A stretch of DNA of 64,000 bases, taken from NCBI GenBank assembly GCA_020137815.1, contig CM035361.1, positions 5,704,001 through 5,768,000 on the forward strand. Reading direction: 5' to 3'. The stretch's first letter is position 1. Each line of letters begins with the position of its first letter. The position numbers were made by a program, and so were the translations under genes. Below, in pieces: positions 48,901 to 60,503 of the stretch. Below the pieces are notes generated by a model. It was not told the origin of the DNA and did not search any database. It saw only the letters and a program-made list of their open reading frames with translations. The stretch comes from Hormiphora californensis. Its lineage: Eukaryota > Animalia > Ctenophora.

Positions 48901-51898
48901 GAAATGAGAACAGGGTCAGGCACTCAGGCTCCGACAGTTGTTCGAAATTCTCTCCTCCTGATCACCGCAACTGCTGCTGCACTTAGTAAACTGTTATATT
49001 GACTTAATATATTGATGTGTGATGAGAGCTATGCTACATGTAACTAATAAAATGACTAACTAATAAAATGAAACCTCTTTTGCAGGTTGTATGGTAATAA
49101 TGCACCAATAACCAACCGACTACTCGGCACTCAAATCTCCCTAATCGGTGCCACAACTACTACAACATGCGGGACTATCACCTCTGTTAACCCAAACGGA
49201 GGTAACATCGAGGACCAGACCTATACTGTCAAATGCCCTGATATGATAGAGCCAGCGGTTGCAGTGAGGTTGTATGATGCTGTCCCAGAGGAATTCGGGG
49301 GTGCTCTGATCATGAATATAGCAGAGGTCAAGGTTTACGAATTGGATAAATTGGGTAAGTTCAAATAGTAACTGGTAACTATGCTAATTGGTAACTATGC
49401 CAATTGGTAACTATGCTAATTGGTAAATATGCTAATTGCTAATAATGGGTAACTATGCTAATTGGTAACTATGTTAATAATGGGTAAAAATGCGATCTTA
49501 GTTTTATGTGCGGCTCTGCAAAAGTGTACGGGCACACATTTTTGCAGGGTGCTGTAACTAGAAATTAGGGACTATTGGAATTAGCATTAAGAAAGCGACA
49601 GGCTACACTGTCCCCCAGTGACCTGGGCCAGTGTAGAATTGTGAAATCGGCCCCCGGGGAAGAGTTGAGTGGAGTGGAGTGGGGAAAGTGGGTGGAGTGG
49701 GGTAGAGGGTAGGCGGTAAATGTTAACCAGATCTGAGAGAAAACGTACGTGCAAAACCACGTTTTTGTCCATAACTCAGTCATTTCTTGACCAATTTGCA
49801 AAATCTTGGGCGCGTTGGAAAGAAGACATTGAGCTCTTTCAAATGAGCCCAATAAAACTAAAATCGGCGCAAAGTGCGCGGCGTCATGGCGCAAAATGCG
49901 CGTTTTCGCCACCACGCCGCGCAATTTGCGCCAATTTTCATTTTCTTGAGCTCATTTAAGAGATCTCAATGTCCTCTTTCCAATGAGCCAAAGATTTTGC
50001 AAATTGGTCAAGAAATGGCTGAGTTATGAGCAAAAACGTGCGAAATTCTCACAGATCTGGTTAACATTTACCGCCTACCGGGGTAGAGTGGGGTGGAGTG
50101 GGGAAGAGTGGAGTGGGGAGAGTGGGGGAGTGGAGTGGGGAAGAGTGGAGTGGACTGGTAGAGTGGGGAGAGTGGCCACTAGTGGGGTGGTTTGTTGAGT
50201 AAGGGGTGGTTGTTAACCCAAACGGAGGTAACATCGAGGACCAGACCTATACTGTCAAATGCCCTGATATGATAGAGCCAGCCATCGCAGTGAGACTATA
50301 TGATGGGGTCCCAGAGGAATTTGGGGGTGCTTTGATCATGAATATAGCAGAGGTCAAGGTTTACGAATTGGATAAATTGGGTAAGTTCAAATAGTAACTG
50401 GTAACTATGCTAATAATGGGTAACTATGCTAATTGGTAACTATGCTAATAATGGGTAACTATGGGATCTTAGTTTTATCTACGCCTCTGCAAAAGTGTAC
50501 GGGCACACATTTTTGCAGGGTGCTGTAACTAGAAATTATTGGAATTAGCATTAAAAAAGCGACAGGCTACACTGTCCCCCCAGTGACCTGCAGGGACAGT
50601 GTAGGATTGTGAAATCGGCCCCCGGGGAAGAGTTGAGTGGAGTGGAGTGGGGAAAGTGGGTAGAGTGGGGTAGAGTGGGGTGGAGTGGGGAGAGTGGTAG
50701 AGTAGGGAGAGTGGGGGAGTGGAGTGGGGTGGAGTGGAGTGGGGTAGAGTGGGGTGGAGTGGGGTAGAGTGGGGTGGAGTGGGGAAGAGTTGAGTGGAGT
50801 GGAGTGGGGAAAGTGGGTGGAGTGGGGTAGAGTGGGTGGAGTGGGGTAGAGTGGGGTGGAGTGGGGAGAGTGGTCGAGTAGGGAGAGTGGGGGAGTGGAG
50901 TGGGGAAGAGTCGAGTGGAGTGGAGTGGGGAGAGTGGGGTAGAGTGGAGTGGAGTGGAGTGGGGAGAGTGGGGGAGTGGAGTGGGGTAGAGTGGGGTAGA
51001 GTGGGGAGAGTGGCCACTAGTGGGGTGGTTGAGATAATAACAATAATTATACCTCAGACTCGGTATCCTTATTCCCGATATAACCAACGAATGTACCCCC
51101 ATGCATATCCCACAGCCCAATAGTCCGATCTGTACTACATGTTAGCAGATATCCAGACTCCAACATTCCTCTTGGGGGTATGTAGGCAACACCTGGAAAA
51201 CATATTGGTAATAAGGGACTACCGACCGAAACAAGTAAAAAACCAATCAGAACTCGTTATTTAGGTCTCGTTACTGGTTATCAGCCAATCAGGGACCAGT
51301 ATTTCCTGATTCGGTCGGTAATTCCTGTTAATTAGGAACTACCAGCTGACTTGTCAAGTCTGTCAGTCTGTGCAGAGACCATATCTGAGGGAACTAGCGA
51401 GAGATGCCAGCCATTTTACTGATCATCACGTTGTGTTTGTCATGATTCACCTGGCATAATCCCTATTTGTCATTAATCATCATTCTGTCGTAATATAATT
51501 GATATGAAGTATGAACAATTTTGCCACTTGTCAGCGCCTATCGACCTGGCTCTTCTGTTGCAGTTGATACTGACAATGACGCGCGCGCTACTTTCTACAG
51601 ATGTACTACCGCGCGCGTCACATACAAATTGAGCCGCGGACAACGTTTCATAACAGCTGCTATTCATTTTGACTGAATTGACATTATTCTCTCTGCCTGT
51701 CATTTCATTAGGAACGACATGCACCTTCTCTCTTTGTTAGGTATGCGATAGAAATACCTGCGAGCTGCTCAACTCAGCCAATTACAGGAGAGCGTGTGCA
51801 CAACAATAGTGTTCAACATCATAGCACTTCATTGAACGTTTTTGTTGTGCGATTAGTGTGAGCTGGGGAGACGTTAGTGGCATTCGACAATGAAACGA

Positions 51899-51978
<80 letters not shown>

Positions 51979-52097
51979 AGGAGAGAGAGAGAGAGAGAGG
52001 AGAGACAGCGCTGACCTCTCTGCTCTCTCGCTCCTCTCTCCGCTCTCTCTCTCCTACTCTCTCTCGCTCTCTCTCTCCCTGCTCCTCTCTCCGCCTC

Positions 52098-52137
<40 letters not shown>

Positions 52138-52150
52138 TCTCTCTCTCCTC

Positions 52151-52191
<41 letters not shown>

Positions 52192-52232
52192 CTCTCTCCT
52201 CTCTCTCTCTCTCTCTCGTCTCTCTCCCCTCT

Positions 52233-52295
<63 letters not shown>

Positions 52296-55200
52296 CTCCT
52301 TTCTCCGCAGTGTCACATGCAATGAGCGTTGTTTGGAAGCAAACATAGAGAGATCAGAGAGGGAGAGAGAGACTGAATGAATGGGGCACGGTGATTAGAA
52401 GAAGAGGGAGTGAGTTTTATGTTTTACAATCCGTGGCAGATTACACAAGTTTCTTGTGCACCGATTATAATAAACAAAATGAGGGAGGGAGAGAGAGAGC
52501 TAGAGAGGCATTAGATACTACATAGAAAGAAAATTTCCAATATTGAAATTAAATCGACAGAATCTTGATGAAAATACGTAAACATTCACCACACCCATCT
52601 TCTAGTCACGACTCACAGATATCGCACCAAACTTCGTCAGATATGAGACTATGAGATTATTGCAGATTTTGTATCTTTCATTTTAGTGGGTGAGGACTGA
52701 ACTGAGGATTCTAAGCCAGTGGTGGCGAAACCCCGGGGATATGAATGTGACTTTGAGAAACCACAGAAATTAAGTCTGGACCACATGGAGTATGAATTTC
52801 CCCCTGAAATCAGTGTGTGGTCAATTTGTTACCTCAACCCGGTGCACTTGGAAATTATAATTGGAAATTCACATCCAAATTGATGTGAACATGTGAAAAA
52901 AAGGTTACGTAACAGCTTTACTGCTGAGCAGGATACCAAATTGTTTTCCGTACGTGTGTGTAAAGCTGCGTACTAATTGATACCCCAATTACAGGTGTTA
53001 TTGGTGTTTGGCAGTAACAGTTGTAACGATGTAATGGGGTGTCTGTAGCAATATATCTGTTATGTGTTATATCTGTTTGTCTGTGTGTCAACTGGATCAC
53101 TATAACATCAATTGTCAGTTTGTTTCTACACACCTGTTTGTCAGTTTGTTTCTACTAACCTGTTTGTCAGTTTGTTTCTACTAACCTGTTTGTCAGTTTG
53201 TTTCTACTAACCTGTTTGTCAGTTTGTTTCTACTAACCTGTTTGTCAGTTTGTTTCTACTAACCTGTTTGTCAGTTTGTTTCTACTAACCTGTTTGTCAG
53301 TTTGTTTCTACTAACCTGTTATTGGGTGAGTGTGTTCACTAAACACCTGCTTACAGGTGAATCCTGCCACTAACCTGTTATTGGGTGAGTGTGTTCACTA
53401 AACACCTGTTTACAGGTGAATCCTGCCACTAACCTGTTATTGGGTGAGTGTGTTCACTAAACACCTGTTTACAGGTGAATCCTGCCACTAACCTGTTATA
53501 GGGTGAGTGTGTTCACTAAACACCTGCTTACAGGTGAAACCTGCCACTAACCTGTTATTGGGTGAGGGTGTTCGCTAAACACCTGCTTACAGGTGAAACC
53601 TGCCACTAACCTGTTATTGGGTGAGTGTGTTCGCTTAACACCTGCTTACAGGTGAAACCTGCCACTAACCTGTTATTGGGTGAGTGTGTTCGCTAAACAC
53701 CTGCTTACAGGTGAAACCTGCCACTAACCTGTTATTGGGTGAGTGTGTTCGCTAAACACCTGCTTACAGGTGAAACCTGCCACTAAACTGTGATTGGGTG
53801 GGTGTGTTCGCTAAACACCTGCTTACAGGTGAAACCTGCCACTAACCTGTTATTGGGTGAGTGTGTTCGCTAAACACCTGCTTACAGGTGAAACCTGCCA
53901 CTAACCTGTTATTGGGTGAGTGTGTTCGCTAAACACCTGCTTACAGGTGAAACCTGCCACTAACCTGTGATTGGGTGGGTGTGTTCACTAAACACCTGCT
54001 TACAGGTGAAACCTGCCACTAACCTGTTATTGGGTGAGTGTGTTCGCTAAACACCTGCTTACAGGTGAAACCTGCCACTAACCTGTTATTGGGTGAGTGT
54101 GTTCACTAAACACCTGCTTACAGGTGAAACCTGCCACTAACCTGTTATTGGGTGAGTGTGTTCGCTAAACACCTGCTTACAGGTGAATCCTGCCACTAAC
54201 CTGTTATTGGGTGAGTGTGTTCACTAAACACCTGCTTACAGGTGAAACCTGCCACTAACCTGTTATTGGGTGAGTGTGTTCACTAAACACCTGCTTACAG
54301 GTGAAACCTGCCACTAACCTGTTATTGGGTGAGTGTGTTCGCTAAACACCTGCTTACAGGTGAAACCTGCCACTAACCTGTTATAGGGTGAGTGTGTTCG
54401 CTAAACACCTGCTTACAGGTGAAACCTGCCACTAACCTGTGATAGGGTGAGTGTGTTCGCTAAACACCTGCTTACAGGTGAAACCTGCCACTAACCTGTT
54501 ATTGGGTGAGTGTGTTCGCTAAACACCTGCTTACAGGTGAAACCTGCCACTAACCTGTTATAGGGTGAGTGTGTTCGCTAAACACCTGCTTACAGGTGAA
54601 ACCTGCCACTAACCTGTGATAGGGTGAGTGTGTTCGCTAAACACCTGCTTACAGGTGAAACCTGCCACTAACCTGTTATTGGGTGAGTGTGTTCACTAAA
54701 CACCTGCTTACAGGTGAAACCTGCCACTAACCTGTTATTGGGTGAGTGTGTTCGCTAAACACCTGCTTACAGGTGAAACCTGCCACTAACCTGTTATAGG
54801 GTGAGTGTGTTCGCTAAACACCTGCTTACAGGTGAAACCTGCCACTAACCTGTGATAGGGTGAGTGTGTTCGCTAAACACCTGCTTACAGGTGAAACCTG
54901 CCACTAACCTGTTATTGGGTGAGTGTGTTCGCTAAACACCTGCTTACAGGTGAAACCTGCCACTCTGTTAGTCACTGGATCGTCACTGATTGTCTGTAGA
55001 ACCTCACTACCACCTGAAAATGAGTTTTACAAATAGAAAATAACAAGCTTCCTGCAATCTCTCAGACTACGATAAAGGACCAAGAAAGATGGAAAAATCA
55101 GTGAATGCAATGCCCAATACAATAATTTGGGCCTCACTAAATAAACATATTCAGGGCCTAATAAATTAGGAATCATTATTATTCAGGGCCTAATTATCAG

Positions 55201-58200
55201 AATTACTAATTAGGGCCTCATTATAATTATTCAGGATCGAATTATAGTGTTGGTAACGAAATTACCCCTCTGTAGAGGGCATTGCGATAGTAAGGCACGT
55301 ATTAGCGTGCCCGCAATGTAGGGGTAATTGCGTTACCAAATTATAGTGATGTCCATGATACCTGGTACACTATCCCTCAACTCATCAAGTGCCTGGTCAT
55401 CGAATCCCCACAAATACACACAACCATCCTCGCTGGCTGCAACCTGTAGTAGAAGGGTTCAAGTTGAGTTTGTCAAAGAATAAGGATATCAGTTGATTAT
55501 TTATTAGCCACGCATAATCAGTAAATATGATTTGTCAAGATTTACAACTTTGACTTGTTGTAATTCTATTCTATCAATGACAGAGAATGTGAAACACTAA
55601 AAGGGACATGTACTCCACAGTTGTACGTGATGTTTATAGCATGGTTGTGACATGTTTTTAACACATTTTTACTGCACTGTAACATGTTATGTACCAGTTG
55701 CCTGGTAAGACTGTGTTTCGGGCGCCCCTTCCTTTACAAATGTATAGGGAGGGGTAGAACATAACAAATGTACCAGTATATCAAGTTGCTGTAACATGTT
55801 ATGTACCAGCAGGAACCGACAGAAACAAGTAAATAACCAATCAGAAATCGTTATTTAGGTCACGTGACTGGTTATCAGCCAATCAGAGACCAGTATTTAC
55901 TAAGCTGTAACATGTTATGTACATACCAGTATGTCAAGTTGCTCGATGAATATCATCTTGCTGATGCTCCTGTGACCCTCACCGTTCATTTCCCTCAGAC
56001 TCCTCTTTCTCTCACTCGTCATTACATCCTGTAAAGTGAGATTGCTAATTTAACTACAGTTGGACCCCGATTTAGTGGCATCCTCGGGGGAAAGGGTTTT
56101 GTCCACTAAATCGGGGTGTCCACTAAATCGGGGTCAAATAATGTTAATTTCCTATTTCGGGGGGAAAAATCCTGCCACTAAATCGGGGTGCCACTAAATT
56201 GGGGTCCGACTGTAGTTGAGAGTGAGATGGATTCTCTGGATGATCAATAAATTTTGCTTCTGCTAAAATATTCTATAGAATTTAGGTATAAATATGATTA
56301 CGCATTTTTATTGCCAATCTTTATTGGAATGCGAAACTGACGAAAGTTGGTGAGCATTCGAATGTCAATTTCCCGATACTGGAATTAGTAATTCCATTGA
56401 CGTAGCTTCGCTGTGTGGTATTGAGAGTAAAATGAATAACTTTTGTAATGGTAAAATTGCGAGCTGCTCAATTGCAACAACAATTATTATTGTTGCACTT
56501 GAGATCAGCTCGATATTCTTCCTACCTACTAAATTACAAAATTTCACCCTTCGACACTAATTTCCTGTAATTATTATCGGAAATCAGTGTCGAAGGAAGG
56601 GAGGCTTCCTAATGACAAAAGTACCACGGCATTGCTATAATTTGGGCATGGGAAAAAGGTGGAGCCATACCTGGAGAGAGAAAGTGTCACAACTACTGTG
56701 TGATTTTAAATGACTGAGACTGGTATATTGCGAATTGCGTGAAAACTATGGCATCTTTCGACTTCAAATTTTGGGACATGATAAAACTAGGTTGTAGCAA
56801 TTTTCTCCTAGTTTTACAGCAAATTTCAATGTTCCTGAATGAATCTATTGCCCAAAAACCTCCTCCAACTTTACACAGTCATATCTCTGGAGTCTAATGA
56901 GATAGAGAGTTCACATTTTTAGGAGAGACAGATAAGACGATTTCGAATGTTTTGTCTGCTTTACGAGTTGCTACATTTTACCATTTGTTCACAGGAACTG
57001 TTTAAAGTGATGTAACACGCTCTAATTAGGCCAAATTTAGGTCATTTTACCCCTCAAAGATCACATGTCCAGCTGCATCTAGTGGGCTAATGAGGCCTTG
57101 AACACGCATACGTCACGTGTTACTGTAGAGCTACAGCTCTCCTTTTCCATCTTGAACCAGCAGACATGATCATGGTGTCTGGAAGTGGTAACAAGCTGTA
57201 GAAAACCAGACAGACTAGACGCTCTCTACTTCAACATATCACTCTCTCCCTTTCTCGTTATAAGGTCACGTGACTGGAATTGGGATCTCGACATGATCAC
57301 AATTAAAGAGAAACAACGATTTTGCAGTACTAATATTCAATGTCTACAAAGCGTTCTCTCTCTCACACACACACACACTCTCTCTCTCTCTCCCATGTCG
57401 AGATCCCAATTCCAGTCACGTGACCTTATAACGAGAAAGGGAGAGAGTGATATGTTGAAGTAGAGAGCGTCTAGTCTGTCTGGTTTTCTACAGCTTGTTA
57501 CCACTTCCAGACACCATGATCATGTCTGCTGGTTCAAGATGGAAAAGGAGAGCTGTAGCTCTACAGTAACACGTGACGTATGCGTGTTCAAGGCCTCATT
57601 AGCCCACTAGATGCAGCTGGACATGTGATCTTTGAGGGGTAAAATGACCTAAATTTGGCCTAATTAGAGCGTGTTACATCACTTTAAACAGTTCCTGTGA
57701 ACAAATGGTAAAATGTAGCAACTCGTAAAGCAGACAAAACATTCGAAATCGTCTTATCTGTCTCTCCTAAAAATGTGAACTCTCTATCTCATTAGACTCC
57801 AGAGATATGACTGTGTAAAGTTGGAGGAGGTTTTTGGGCAATAGATTCATTAAGGAACATTGAAATTTGCTGTAAAACTAGGAGAAAATTGCTACAACCT
57901 AGTTTTATCATGTCCCAAAATTTGAAGTCGAAAGATGCCATAGTTTTCACGCAATTCGCAATATACCAGTCTCAGTCATTTAAAATCACACAGTATTATA
58001 CATTTAAAAGTTATACCTGGACAGAGATTGTTACTTTAGCCCTAGGGGTGAGTGAGATTGTTACTTTAACTAGGGTGAGAGTTACCTGGAGAGAGATTGT
58101 TACTTTAACTAGGGTGAGAGTTATACCTGGAGAGAGAAAGTGTCACAGCTGTACATAAAGTTGTTAAGTTGGAGTTGTTCCCATATTGTAACTCGACCTT

Positions 58201-60503
58201 CACTGTCACCTAAAAGGAAAGTGTTACAATCTAACTTGGGTAAAGCAGGGAGGTTAGGGGTAAGGGGAGGGTTAAATGCCAGAGAGATTTTGATTGGGCT
58301 TGACTACATGTGATGACAAATAAGTATTAGGGCGTAAATCATGTCAACGACAACGCATTTAGGACTGATATATGGATTTTATACCGGTGAAAATGAGGAT
58401 GGGAGATTTTCCAGTGAAGGCGAGGCCCTCCGCGGTCGATTTAGTTTGTAGAGTTGTTACCGGGGCACACCAGTTGTACTTCCAGACCTGATAAAAAGTA
58501 ATGGGGATAAGAATAGTAGAATAGTTATGGGTTTTGGGGCACTGGGAGCTGTGTGTGTGTGTGTGTATACTACCTGACTTGTTCAGAATATTACTAGAAA
58601 GGGAGGAGAGGGAGTGAAAGTGAACATATTCTATCTATTCAGATCCATTTAGCTCATGATATCTATTACCCCCACAAAGTGTGTGCGTCAAGAAACTGTA
58701 TTTTCTTACTAAGCTGCATGTGTTGTCATGGAAACGGGGGGAGAGTGTGCAGAGTCAGCAGCTGTATCAGTGAAGTTTGGACTAAGCTGTTATACTTCAG
58801 TAATCGGTACACCATGCACTAACAGTGTAACACCATGCACCCCGATGTATCATGAATAAAAACGAGTCCGTTAAATCAAGGTTTGACTGTAGTACGGAAG
58901 ATATTGTCATACATACAATACATGTAGTTCAATACTGAGCGGTTAGATCAGCAGCATTTTTGCACATTGTCATAGCTTCTGATCTAACTGCTTCTATCAA
59001 TACTTACCAGCACAGTACGGCGGTTAGTGGTACACTTACCAGCACAGTACGGCGGTTAGTGGTACACTTACCAGCACAGTACGGGGCGGTTAGTGGTACA
59101 CTTACCAGCACAGTACGGGGCGGTTAGTGGTACACTTACCAGCACAGTACGGGGCGGTTAGTGGTACACTTACCAGCACAGTACGGGGCGGTTAGTGGTA
59201 CACTTACCAGCACAGTACGGGGCGGTTAGTGGTACACTTACCAACACAGTATGGGACGGTTAGTGGTACACTTACCAGCACAGTACGGGGCGGTTAGTGG
59301 TACACTTACCAGCACAGTACGGGGCGGTTAGTGGTACACTTACCAGCACAGTACGGGGCGGTTAGTGGTACACTTACCAGCACAGTACGGGGCGGTTAGT
59401 GGTACACTTACCAACACAGTACGGGGCGGTTAGTGGTACACTTACCAGCACAGCTGTACGGGGCGGTTAGTGGTACACTTACCAGCACAGTACGGCGGTT
59501 ATTGGTACACTTACCAGCACAGTACGGGGCGGTTAGTGGTACACTTACCAGCACAGTACGGGGCGGTTAGTGGTACACTTACCAGCACAGTACGGGGCGG
59601 TTAGTGGTACACTTACCAGCACAGTACGGGGCGGTTAGTGGTACACTTACCAGCACAGTACGGGGCGGTTAGTGGTACACTTACCAGCACAGTACGGGGC
59701 GGTTAGTGGTACACTTACCAGCACAGTACGGGGCGGTTAGTGGTACACTTACCAGCACAGTACGGGGCGGTTAGTGGTACACTTAACAGCACAGTACGGG
59801 GCGGTTAGTGGTACACTTACCAACACAGTACGGCGGTTAGTGGTACACTTACCAACACAGTACGGGGCGGTTAGTGGTACACTTACCAGCACAGTACGGC
59901 GGTTAGTGGTACACTTACCAGCACAGTACGGCGGTTAGTGGTACACTTACCAACACAGTACGGGGCGGTTAGTGGTATACTTACCAGCACAGTACGGGTC
60001 GGTTAGTGGTACACTTACCAACACAGTACGGGGCGGTTAGTGGTACACTTACCAGCACAGTACGGGGCGGTTAGTGGTACACTTACCAGCACAGTACGGC
60101 GGTTAGTGGTACACTTACCAGCACAGTACGGGGCGGTTAGTGGTACACTTACCAGCACAGTACGGGGCGGTTAGTGGTACACTTACCAATACAGTACGGG
60201 GCGGTTAGTGGTACACTTACCAGCACAGTACGGGGCGGTTAGTGGTACACTTACCAGCACAGTACGGCAGTTAGTGGTAAACTTACCAACACAGTACGGG
60301 GCGGTTAGTGGTACACTTAACAGCACAGTACGGGGCGGTTAGTGGTAAACTTACCAACACAGTACGGCGGTTAGTGGTGCAATAAACCTCGTTCAGCTCA
60401 GGTACAAAGACGGTATGCACCAGATGATACTTGTTCGTGGTACAGTAATCCGCCAGAGAACCGTATTGAGTCCGTGTACTGACATATTCTGTTATGTTTT
60501 CAC
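42912..60503 (-). CDS. WD40-repeat protein, 5'-partial (11 exons identified)
   Basis: Phase-consistent GT-AG exons 60503-60355, 58487-58385, 58209-58127, 56028-55927, 55443-55362, 55013-54909, 51192-51053, 45039-44892, 44571-44429, 43760-43690 and 43101-42912. WD motifs GDSEGRVTIWE, ASEDGCVYLWG, CSTDRTIGLWD, GHESEVSHV..SGGDDCTVRTWE and GHTDSVRAI..TSWDGTISIWN. Confidence 0.9.
43535..43670. repeat. (AAAC)n microsatellite (and (AGAC)n at 43160-43280)
   Basis: Direct reading. Confidence 0.9.
45510..48005. mobile_element. Non-autonomous piggyBac element (TTAA TSD, CCC..GGG termini) with ~830-bp internal inverted repeats
   Basis: TTAA-CCCTTTGAGGGCGA ... TCGCCCTTAAAGGG-TTAA. Internal arms ~45850-46685 and ~47037-47872 are near-perfect reverse complements (mirrored ORFs 45834-46070 and 47656-47955). 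Confidence 0.88.
48290..49368 (+). CDS. Secreted discoidin/F5-8C/F-type-lectin-like protein nested antisense in a WD40-gene intron
   Basis: Exon 48290-48561 (signal peptide MKKLPAILAIILIASSS; AFDDN..CFHS..PEWLQLTL..IKEIVIVNR) joined to 49086-49354/49368 (NRLLGT..CG..YTVKC..MNIAEVKVY). Motifs are typical of the galactose-binding-like fold. Confidence 0.8.
48575..48822. mobile_element. Two adjacent, oppositely oriented hAT CAGGAACC MITEs (48575-48683, TSD ATTTTAGG; 48714-48822, TSD GGCAATAA)
   Basis: Each has full TIRs and its own 8-bp TSD. Confidence 0.92.
49708..50079. mobile_element. MULE-like MITE (GGTAGGCGGTAAATGTTAACCAGATCTG TIR, 9-bp TSD GGGGTAGAG)
   Basis: Inverted termini inside a GAGTGG array. 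A solo end of the same family sits at ~14036-14077. Confidence 0.8.
50212..50630 (+). pseudogene. Partial tandem duplicate of the lectin-like gene's exon-2 3' half, donor site and downstream sequence
   Basis: VNPNGGNIEDQTY..ELDKLGKFK repeats 49185-49368 with a few substitutions. No acceptor or 5' part. Confidence 0.8.
50630..51030. repeat. (GAGTG/GGGTA) pentamer-decamer G-rich microsatellite
   Basis: Direct reading. Confidence 0.9.
51900..52300. repeat. (GA)n followed by (CT)n microsatellite
   Basis: Direct reading. Confidence 0.95.
53112..53320. repeat. 26-bp tandem repeat (cctgtttgtcagtttgtttctactaa), ~8 copies
   Basis: Direct reading. Abuts the 59-bp array and shares actaacctgtt with it. 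Confidence 0.92.
53310..54964. repeat. 59-bp minisatellite, ~28 copies, derived from a WD40 exon 3' end plus its donor
   Basis: Minus-strand unit GTGGCAGGTTTCACCTGTAAGCAGGTGTTTAGCGAACACACTCACCCAATAACAG|gtta. The first unit is coding (VAGFTCKQVFSEHTHPIT). Confidence 0.95.
55250..55339. mobile_element. 90-bp micro-MITE with 9-bp TSD ATTATAGTG
   Basis: TIR ttggtaacg(a/c)aattacccct. TSD at 55241-55249 and 55340-55348. Confidence 0.8.
56057..56212. mobile_element. pogo/Tc1-type MITE, TA TSD
   Basis: Same family as 3014-3184. Confidence 0.88.
56696..57993. mobile_element. Foldback element with ~600-bp near-perfect arms, flanked by TA
   Basis: TA-CTGTGTGATTTTAAATG ... CATTTAAAATCACACAG-TA. Arms ~56696-57295 and ~57394-57993. 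The ~100-bp spacer holds (CT)n(CA)n. Confidence 0.85.
59001..60378. repeat. 29/31-bp minisatellite, ~45 copies, derived from a WD40 exon 3' end plus its GTAAGT donor
   Basis: Minus-strand unit ACCACTAACCGCC(CC)GTACTGTG(C/T)TG|gtaagtgt. The first unit encodes TTNRRTVL. Confidence 0.95.

Noticed and set aside
50529-51123. His/Pro/Thr-rich and Trp/Gly-rich ORFs
   Set aside because: Translations of the GAGTG/GGGTA microsatellite. The real exon is 51192-51053.
53310-54964. CRISPR-like regular array
   Set aside because: Units are contiguous near-identical repeats with no unique spacers, no cas genes are present, and the unit derives from a eukaryotic exon.
59001-60378. CRISPR-like 29-31-bp repeat array
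   Set aside because: No spacers. It is a head-to-tail minisatellite.
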